Source of the DNA: an uncultured Gammaproteobacteria bacterium | Lineage (GTDB): Bacteria > Patescibacteriota > Microgenomatia > Daviesbacterales > UBA10151 | Direction: 5' to 3' | Assembly: GCA_964392925.1 (NCBI GenBank) | Contig: CAYMRP010000001.1 | Coordinates: 165,585-229,584, forward strand | Length of the DNA stretch: 64,000 bases | Shown: in pieces, positions 57,209-64,000 of the stretch | Layout of the letters: each line of letters opens with the position of its first letter | How positions within the stretch are numbered: position 1 is the stretch's first letter | Program-made: the position numbers and the translations under genes | Notes under the pieces: model-generated | What the model was told of the DNA's origin: nothing | Seen by the model: only the letters and a program-made list of their open reading frames with translations | Database searches by the model: none

Positions 57209-58534
57209 ATGGTTCCTTCTTTTATAACCCCAGAACTAATTCCTCATAAACCAGGAATTTACATCTATAAAAATAGCCAGGGTAAAGTCATTTATGTTGG
57301 CAAAGCCATAGATCTTTTTAGCCGTGTATCTTCTTACTTTAGTAAATCCTGGCACGATGTTAAAACTACAAAACTTGTAGAGAATATCGCCTCTGCCGAA
57401 ACAATAATCGTTGAATCAGAAATTGAGGCATTAATTCTTGAGGCCAACTTGATTAAAAAATTCATGCCTCTTTATAACATCAAGTTAACCGACGATAAGG
57501 ATTATCTTTACATAGTTGTTACAGATGAAGAGTTCCCTAAAATAGTGACTGCCCGCAAAAAAGATTTAATAAAAGTTAAGAAATGGTTCGGTCCATACCC
57601 ATCTGCAACTACCGTTAAAACCACTTTAAAAAAGCTTAGAAGAGTTTTTCCTTGGTGCTCCAGTAAATATTATGTCTCAAGCAATCAATATCAAGGGAAA
57701 GTTAGACCAAAGCCTTGTTTCTACTACCATATTGGTTTATGTCCTGGGCCCTGTGCTGGAACAATCTCCAAAGAAGACTATTTAAAAATCATTAATAGAT
57801 TCTCCAAATTTCTTGATGGTAAAAAAGCTGAACTTCTAGACGATCTAACTAAAGAAATGACAGTCCTATCAAAAGACCAACATTACGAAGAAGCTTCTAA
57901 AATAAAAAAAATTATGGAAGGAATCAACTACATAACTGCTCCAACAAAAATCTCCAACTATCTAGTAAATCCTAATTTCCTTGAGGATTTAAACCAGAAC
58001 TCTTTAGAAGAACTCCAAAAAGCCCTAAATCTTCCCGAGCTTCCCGCTCGTATCGAAGCCTATGATATTTCTAATTTCCAAGGCCAAGAAGCAACTGGTT
58101 CAATGGTTGTTTTAACTAATGGGGAGATAGATAAGTCTCAGTATCGAAGATTTAAAATTAAAATCACCGGCAAACCCAACGACTTTGCTATGCACGCTGA
58201 AATGATGGGGCGAAGACTAAATCATCCTGAGTGGGGAATCCCGCAGCTGTTTCTAATCGATGGAGGTCGGGGACAAGTGACCTCAGTAGTTGCAGCTATA
58301 AACCAAACTCTAAAAACAAACAGCAATTTAGCCATTAAACCATTTAACAATATCCCAATTTACGGTCTGGCAAAAAGAGAAGAGTGGTTATATCCGGCTG
58401 AAGGCGATCCAATAAAACTTTCTAAAAGAAATCTTGGCTTAAGACTTCTCCAAAAAATAAGAGACGAGTCCCACCGCTTCGCCATAACCTATCACAAAAA
58501 ACTTCGAGCCAAAGCCTTTTTGCCAAAAGAATAA
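57209..58534 (+). CDS. uvrC: excinuclease ABC subunit C, short form without C-terminal HhH region
   Basis: GIY-YIG domain GIYIYKNSQGKVIYVGKAIDL, UvrB-interaction and RNaseH-like endonuclease regions; 441 aa. Confidence 0.8.
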   Translation: MVPSFITPELIPHKPGIYIYKNSQGKVIYVGKAIDLFSRVSSYFSKSWHDVKTTKLVENIASAETIIVESEIEALILEANLIKKFMPLYNIKLTDDKDYLYIVVTDEEFPKIVTARKKDLIKVKKWFGPYPSATTVKTTLKKLRRVFPWCSSKYYVSSNQYQGKVRPKPCFYYHIGLCPGPCAGTISKEDYLKIINRFSKFLDGKKAELLDDLTKEMTVLSKDQHYEEASKIKKIMEGINYITAPTKISNYLVNPNFLEDLNQNSLEELQKALNLPELPARIEAYDISNFQGQEATGSMVVLTNGEIDKSQYRRFKIKITGKPNDFAMHAEMMGRRLNHPEWGIPQLFLIDGGRGQVTSVVAAINQTLKTNSNLAIKPFNNIPIYGLAKREEWLYPAEGDPIKLSKRNLGLRLLQKIRDESHRFAITYHKKLRAKAFLPKE

Positions 58535-58583
58535 TTTAGTCTGATAGGGATTTGACACCTTCGTTCTTACAATTTAGAATTCA

Positions 58584-58910
58584 TTGATGATAGATAACAT
58601 AGAAATTAATAGATCAGAAATCGCGTCTCATCATTCAACCCAAAAAGCCCACAATGCTGAGCTGAAAGATATGATCCCTGGGACTCAATTCCAAAGAACT
58701 AATCTTGTTGGACGAGTTGAAAGATGGAAAGTCATAACAGGTCCATATTCAGAACTTCCAACGAAGGTCATAAAAGTAGAAGTAATGGGTGTAAATGATT
58801 CAAAAATGCATTGTTATCATGCCCTTGATCTCGGTCTGGTTCCTTATGAAAAAAGCGGCTTATGGAATCGCTTAAAAGTGGAAATTATACCCCCAAAACC
58901 TAACACATAA
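58584..58910 (+). CDS. hypothetical protein
   Basis: 108-aa ORF with upstream TTGACA/TAGAAT promoter-like element. Confidence 0.3.
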   Translation: MMIDNIEINRSEIASHHSTQKAHNAELKDMIPGTQFQRTNLVGRVERWKVITGPYSELPTKVIKVEVMGVNDSKMHCYHALDLGLVPYEKSGLWNRLKVEIIPPKPNT

Positions 58911-58949
58911 TTCTTAAAACACCATCACTTCTCATGTATAATATATGCT

Positions 58950-59360
58950 GTGATTAAAACTGCCTTATTAAATTATCTGATTAATCTAATTATTCTTTGG
59001 GGGGTGACCGAAATCTTCCCCGGACTTTACTATACCGGCGGCTTCAAAACTTTAGCAATTGGCGCTCTCGGACTTATGGGTATGAATATAATAATAATTC
59101 CTCTCCTTAAAATTGTTTTTCTCCCTTTAAATATTTTAACTTTAGGGATTTTTACTTGGGTTATTAATGTTATTGCGCTTTACTTGCTAACAACAATTAT
59201 TCCTAACTTTAAATTAGTTCCTTATGATTTCCCTGGTGGTCCTTTTTTGGGAGGAGTGATCCCCGCTACCCATTTAACCGTTCTTTGGGTAGCAATTATC
59301 GCCTCTTTTATGATAGGATTTGCAAGTCACTTTTTTCACTGGCTTACCAGTAAACACTAA
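58950..59360 (+). CDS. Phage_holin_4_2 (YvlD/DUF360) family membrane protein
   Basis: LPLNILTLGIFTWVINVIALYLLTTIIPNF closely matches the family core (cf. B. subtilis YvlD LPLNILTLGLFSLVINGLMLWL). Confidence 0.55.
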   Translation: MIKTALLNYLINLIILWGVTEIFPGLYYTGGFKTLAIGALGLMGMNIIIIPLLKIVFLPLNILTLGIFTWVINVIALYLLTTIIPNFKLVPYDFPGGPFLGGVIPATHLTVLWVAIIASFMIGFASHFFHWLTSKH

Positions 59361-59365
59361 AATAT

Positions 59366-59584
59366 ATGCACAACGCTATACTTGTTATTGAAATAATTCT
59401 TGGGATTGCGCTCGTTGCGCTCGTCGTCATGCAATCCAAAGGAACTGGTCTAGGCTCCACATTCGGAGGAGACATGGGCTTCTACGGCACCAAAAGAGGA
59501 GCTGAGAAAATTCTTTTCGTTCTAACCATTATTGTCTCAGCGCTTTTTCTTTTAACAGCTCTTGTGGGAGTAATAGTTAATTAA
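59366..59584 (+). CDS. secG: preprotein translocase subunit SecG
   Basis: 72 aa, two TM helices flanking a Gly-rich GTGLGSTFGG loop typical of SecG. Confidence 0.6.
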   Translation: MHNAILVIEIILGIALVALVVMQSKGTGLGSTFGGDMGFYGTKRGAEKILFVLTIIVSALFLLTALVGVIVN

Positions 59585-59640
59585 TTTTTCGTATGCCTTT
59601 TACTGCAAAGCAGCAAACCTTCTTTATTATTAACTTTGTT

Positions 59641-60999
59641 ATGACCTTTTTCAGGCGTAAAAAGTGGTTTTTGATCTCTTTAATTGCCGCCATTCTAATA
59701 ATCTTTTCGCTGTTTTATTATTTTCTGGCAGTTAACCACCATGCTCAGGTTTCAGAAGGCATAGTTGGCACTCACGAAGAACGCGACTTACCTGATGTTG
59801 TCTTAAATTTACTCTCCGAACCACTAATAAGAGTCGATAAAACTGGTTCGCCTTCAGCGAAGTTAGCTGAAAGTTGGGAAGTAAATTCTGAAGCAACCTT
59901 GTATCGAGTCAAGTTAAAGCCGGATTTAAAATGGATCGATGGACAGCCGGTTAAAGCCTCTGAGATTTATATCTCTATACCTGATGTCCAAATTAACCCA
60001 ATTGATGATCAAACTCTTGAATTTAAACTAGCTGAATCATTTAGCCCCTTTCCGACATTGCTGACCAAGCCCATTCTTAGAAAAGCTGACAACCAATTTG
60101 GCTTTGAACTAATTGGGGTCGGCCCTTACCAGGTAGATACTATAAAAAAAGATGGCCCGTTTGTAAAAAAATTGAGCTTAGAATCAGCAGACCCAACATT
60201 ACCCTTAGTCGGAATTACTTTTTATCCCAACGAAAAAATTGCTAAAACAGCTTTTAAGTTAGGAGAGGTTCAGGCTTTACTGGGAATCAACGAAACTCGT
60301 GATTTAAATTTTAATAATTTGAGTCAAAAAAGTTTTACCAATTTCCACCAGCTAGTGACAATTTTTCTAAATACCGAAGATCCTAATCTCTCAGATGAAA
60401 ATTTCCGTCTCGGGCTCGCATTCTCAGCTCCGGAAATTGCCAATACCGAAATCGCCAAAACCTCGATAGCTCCTTCTTCTTGGGCATTTAATCCAGAGGT
60501 AAAAGATTTTTTAAATAATCCGGAAAAAGCCAAAGAAGCTTTAGCTAAAGTCCAAAAAGGCAAAGATGAAACTATAACATTAACTTCTACCAGCTCTCTG
60601 GAAGGTGTTGGAGAAAAAGTTGTTGAAGCTTGGAATAATGCCGGTCTGAAAGCCGTTTTAAGAGCAGAATCAGGTATTCCTCAAAACTTCCAAGCCCTTT
60701 TAATCACTCAGAATATTCCTTCAGATCCAGATCAATATTCTTTATGGCACTCAACACAAAGAGCCGGAACTAATATCTCCAAAATTAATAAAGCCAGAAT
60801 TGATAAAGACTTGGAAGACGGCCGTAAGATGACAGATTTAAATACCAGAAAACAAAAATATCAAGACTTTCAAAGAATATTAGCCGATCAATCACCAGCC
60901 ATATTTTTATATTTCCCTAAATACGAAGTAGTCTATATGAAGAAAGTTGAATCAAGTCTCGATAAAGCGCTCACTCTTCAATTGTCTAATCTAAATTAA
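59641..60999 (+). CDS. extracellular solute-binding protein family 5 (peptide/nickel ABC-type SBP-like), N-terminally anchored
   Basis: TM anchor then KLAESWEVNSEATLYRVKLKPDLKWIDGQPVKASEI resembling the SBP_bac_5 N-lobe; no adjacent permease genes. Confidence 0.45.
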   Translation: MTFFRRKKWFLISLIAAILIIFSLFYYFLAVNHHAQVSEGIVGTHEERDLPDVVLNLLSEPLIRVDKTGSPSAKLAESWEVNSEATLYRVKLKPDLKWIDGQPVKASEIYISIPDVQINPIDDQTLEFKLAESFSPFPTLLTKPILRKADNQFGFELIGVGPYQVDTIKKDGPFVKKLSLESADPTLPLVGITFYPNEKIAKTAFKLGEVQALLGINETRDLNFNNLSQKSFTNFHQLVTIFLNTEDPNLSDENFRLGLAFSAPEIANTEIAKTSIAPSSWAFNPEVKDFLNNPEKAKEALAKVQKGKDETITLTSTSSLEGVGEKVVEAWNNAGLKAVLRAESGIPQNFQALLITQNIPSDPDQYSLWHSTQRAGTNISKINKARIDKDLEDGRKMTDLNTRKQKYQDFQRILADQSPAIFLYFPKYEVVYMKKVESSLDKALTLQLSNLN

Positions 61000-61667
61000 T
61001 CTTGATCTAAACCTTGCTTTATTTTAGTTTTATAATTTCGTATAAACTTAGTAAAATCTCGTAAATTTAACTCGTTTACAAAGCCTGCTGCCTCATTATT
61101 AAATAAAGCGTACTCGAAATCTACGACTAGCAATTTCCATGAACCGTCCTCTCTCATTAAAAGGCTTAGCGATTCACTATCTATAGGTAATACTATCTTT
61201 GCCTGTGTCGCCCTGTCCATAATCACACCTGCAGATTCTATAATTTCATCAGTTTCTGTTGCCAGGAACCTTCTATCAGACTCAGAAATGGGGCTGCGCC
61301 TTGGATGATAGTTTCTATAACTGACTTTATCGAATAGTCGGGAACCATCAGCTTCTAAATCTGTCATTAATACAAGACTGTCAGTAGCTATTCTTAATGT
61401 TGGGACAGTAGGGATACGAGCTTCTTTTAGAGCTAACCATATCTCACCATAGGTTTGTGCATAATCATCAAACTGTACTGGAGTTCCGTCTGGTTTCTGC
61501 TGCATGTAATCGGGGCTTTTATGAATTAAGCTTACAGTTTTTGCGCCCGAACCTTCTCCCACAATCGCTTGAACACGACCAACTCTTTCTGTCGAACGTA
61601 TCCGCTTAGCTATATTAACTGCAGTATATTCCGGTCGATTAACTTTATAGAGATTTAATGTCTCCAT
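60996..61667 (-). CDS. hypothetical protein, possible small kinase-like fold
   Basis: LLVVDFEYA resembles the IDxE/DFE metal-binding block of APH/Kdo-kinase-like proteins; weak. Confidence 0.3.
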   Translation of the reverse strand: METLNLYKVNRPEYTAVNIAKRIRSTERVGRVQAIVGEGSGAKTVSLIHKSPDYMQQKPDGTPVQFDDYAQTYGEIWLALKEARIPTVPTLRIATDSLVLMTDLEADGSRLFDKVSYRNYHPRRSPISESDRRFLATETDEIIESAGVIMDRATQAKIVLPIDSESLSLLMREDGSWKLLVVDFEYALFNNEAAGFVNELNLRDFTKFIRNYKTKIKQGLDQD

Positions 61668-61832
61668 ATGGTAATTATATCACTATAGGACTAGATAATA
61701 CCAAAAATCTATAGTTTTAAAAATCCAAACAACTCAAACCCTGCTTTGGATTTAGCCGGTTCTTTTTCTGAAAGTTCTATTAATTTCTCCAAACCTCTTA
61801 CAGTGTTAAAGTCTTCAATTATCTAACCTAAA

Positions 61833-62984
61833 CTAAAACTTCATCCCTAGAATTTGCAAAGCCGCCTTTGACCGTCCAGGTTGTGTTTTTGAAGTAATAA
61901 TAATTCTTTTTAAAGAGAGTTCTGTATTAAAATCCTTTTCTAAATCTATCAATAATTCCTCGACACCAGTATCATCCGTTTCCACAGCCTTAAATGTTCG
62001 TTCCAGCCCCTCCATTATTCTTTTTGCTTCTTCCATATCTGCCTCTTTGTATTCCCAGGTTTTTCTATAATGGTTTAGCAAAAGCATTAAGCGTATTGAA
62101 TTAGCAGAATAAGTTGTTAATAGATCGCCAACTAAAATTAAATTCCCTAAAGACTTACTCATCTTCTGGCCTTGATATGAAACCATTGCTACATGCATCC
62201 AACTTTTAACAAACGGGCGGCGAGTGGTAAAACTCTCTGATTGTGCAATCTCCGATTCGTGATGCGGATAAATTAAATCAAAACCGCCGCCATGAATATC
62301 AATTTGCTCACCCAAAGTTTTCTTTATCATTGCCGAACACTCTATATGCCAACCTGGTCGGCCGCAGCCCCAAGGTGATTCCCAAAAAGGTTCATCATCC
62401 TTCGATTTCTGCCACAATAAAAAATCTAAAGGCGCTTTCTTCTGTGGATCTGCAGGGTCTCCGCCGCGCTCTTTTAAAAGCTTTAACATCTCCTTCTCCG
62501 AATATTTTGATAATTTTCCGTATTCTGAAAACCTACTAACCTGGAAATACACATTTCCGTCAATCTCATATGCAAACCCTTTATCAATTAACTCTTTAAC
62601 CATTTCGACTATCTCATCCATCGCCTCTGTAGCCTTTATGTAGTGATCAGGCATCAAAACATTCAAATCCCTTAGATCCTTCAAAAACTTCTTAGTCCAT
62701 GAATCCCCAAGTTGAACCCAATCTTTTCCATCTCTTTTAGCTCTTTTCAAAATATCATCATCAATATCAGTTACATTTTGCGTATAAGTAACCTTGTATC
62801 CCTTAAATTCAAGAAATCTTTTTAAAACATCAAATTGCACGTAAACAAAGGCATGTCCTAAATGGGTTGTATCATAAGGAGTAATTCCGCAAACATACAT
62901 TTTTACGGCTTTCTCTTTTAAAGTCTGGAATTTTTCTGTTTGGCCTGATAGTGAATTAAATAGCATCATTTGAGGTAAGTGCAT
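61833..62984 (-). CDS. cysS: cysteinyl-tRNA synthetase, short form
   Basis: Class I HIGH (TTHLGHAF) and KMSKS (KMSKSLGN) motifs, MYVCGITPYD N-terminus; only about 380 aa. Confidence 0.8.
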   Translation of the reverse strand: MHLPQMMLFNSLSGQTEKFQTLKEKAVKMYVCGITPYDTTHLGHAFVYVQFDVLKRFLEFKGYKVTYTQNVTDIDDDILKRAKRDGKDWVQLGDSWTKKFLKDLRDLNVLMPDHYIKATEAMDEIVEMVKELIDKGFAYEIDGNVYFQVSRFSEYGKLSKYSEKEMLKLLKERGGDPADPQKKAPLDFLLWQKSKDDEPFWESPWGCGRPGWHIECSAMIKKTLGEQIDIHGGGFDLIYPHHESEIAQSESFTTRRPFVKSWMHVAMVSYQGQKMSKSLGNLILVGDLLTTYSANSIRLMLLLNHYRKTWEYKEADMEEAKRIMEGLERTFKAVETDDTGVEELLIDLEKDFNTELSLKRIIITSKTQPGRSKAALQILGMKF

Positions 62985-63022
62985 AATACCAAAAGCCAGG
63001 AGAATGTATAATACTAACTAAT

Positions 63023-63727
63023 ATGAAAGCGCTGTTTATCTTTGCCCATCCTGACGACGAAACATTTGCCACAGGCGGCACAATTGCTAAATTAACCCGG
63101 GCTGGGAATGAAGTCCAAATAATTTCTGCAACCACCGGTCAGGCCGGAATGACAGGCGAGTATGGTGACATTACCCCAGAAGAGCTCGGTAAAGTAAGAG
63201 AATTGGAGCACGGCAAAGCCGGCTTTATTCTCGGAGTTTCACAAATCCGCTATTTGGATTTAATGGATGGGGAAGTTGATAAAACCAGTGTCGAAGATTT
63301 GGTAAATAAACTACTACCCTTAATCAAAGAAATAAATCCCGACATTGTTATAACTTTTGAAAAAAATGGTATCTCCAATCACCCTGATCATAAACAAATC
63401 TCCAAAGCGGCCACTAAGGCCTTTAAAGACTGGGTGAAAGATATTGAAAAACACGTCCGCCTTTATCATATCGGTGTTCCTCAAAGTTATATGGATGCTT
63501 ACGAAAAGAATGGCCTATCAAATAAGGCCTTTGGCCAAACCCCGGGAGTTCCAGACGAAAACTTCACCACAATTATAGACATCTCAGATGTCTTCGACAT
63601 AAAAGATAAAGCCGCCAAAATGCACATTTCTCAAAAATCAGATTGGGACAGAATAAGTAAGAGAATGGAACACGTTGACCTAAAAAAAGAATTCTTGGAA
63701 CTAATTAGCGAAAACAATCTGGTTTAA
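63023..63727 (+). CDS. PIG-L/LmbE family deacetylase
   Basis: MKALFIFAHPDDETFATGGT and HPDH motifs. Confidence 0.75.
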   Translation: MKALFIFAHPDDETFATGGTIAKLTRAGNEVQIISATTGQAGMTGEYGDITPEELGKVRELEHGKAGFILGVSQIRYLDLMDGEVDKTSVEDLVNKLLPLIKEINPDIVITFEKNGISNHPDHKQISKAATKAFKDWVKDIEKHVRLYHIGVPQSYMDAYEKNGLSNKAFGQTPGVPDENFTTIIDISDVFDIKDKAAKMHISQKSDWDRISKRMEHVDLKKEFLELISENNLV

Positions 63728-64000
63728 GAGATAGTGGTAAGAGATTCAAGAAGCCCCGCTTCTTCCTGAGCCTGCAGTTCCTGTAGTAGTGCAGCTAAAT
63801 CATATTGAGTATTACGGAACTTTTTCCAGCTTCCAGGTTGTACATTTTCCAAATTACTTCCTAAACAAACCCTTAGTCCAGCTTCTAATCTTTCATTAGG
63901 AGTCCAAACTCTTGGCTCATCTTCCCTAGGAGCTCGAATTGCTTCACGACTTGGTATCTCGCTCGCATTATTAACAACTAATCCTCTTAGTTCTAAACTT

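Noticed and set aside
1-64000. CRISPR arrays and rRNA genes
   Set aside because: No series of regularly spaced direct repeats with unique spacers was seen. The only periodic repeat is the 9-bp microsatellite at 39763-39818, which has no spacers. No rRNA-like conserved blocks were seen.

Overview
This window is a gene-dense, low-GC bacterial chromosome segment with about 80 supportable features. Core genes are mostly recognisable. Several enzymes have shortened domain architectures: UvrC lacks the C-terminal HhH region, CysRS is 383 aa, a nucleotide-sugar dehydrogenase homologue is 277 aa, the aspartokinase has no ACT domains, and an FtsX extracellular-domain protein lacks its permease helices. 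That pattern, plus the mobile-RNA features below, suggests a reduced-genome lineage such as Patescibacteria/CPR; this is inference only.

Recognisable blocks: gatC-gatA-[orphan]-gatB, dnaE, rplS-rnhB-yraN, typA, a six-gene lysine/DAP operon (lysC-dapB-dapA-asd-dapL-lysA, minus strand), lexA, a histidine kinase with receiver-only regulator, uvrB/uvrA/uvrC, secG and cysS. There are four tRNAs: Gly-CCC, Lys-UUU, Glu-UUC and an intron-containing Asp-GUC.

Most unusual features:
1. tRNA-Asp(GUC) split by a 198-nt group I intron in the anticodon loop. A free-standing LAGLIDADG homing endonuclease gene, a tRNA-fragment duplication and a 21-bp direct repeat of the tRNA 3' end sit beside it, next to a G+C-richer orphan gene.
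2. A family of covarying hairpin repeats (GGATyCC-stem-loop-stem-GGrATGACr). One inverted pair brackets a 97-aa GIY-YIG nuclease gene inserted 3 bp after the dnaE stop, which looks like a minimal mobile element. Two gene-less hairpin clusters occur elsewhere.
3. A 182-aa orphan gene translationally coupled inside the gatCAB operon.
4. A roughly 480-nt structured leader ending in an intrinsic terminator upstream of the lysine operon, a candidate unclassified riboswitch or attenuator.
5. A palindromic candidate SOS box between lexA and a divergent patatin-like phospholipase gene.

More than a dozen G+C-richer orphan ORFs, each with its own sigma70-like promoter, are inserted between conserved genes. 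No CRISPR array or rRNA gene was found.
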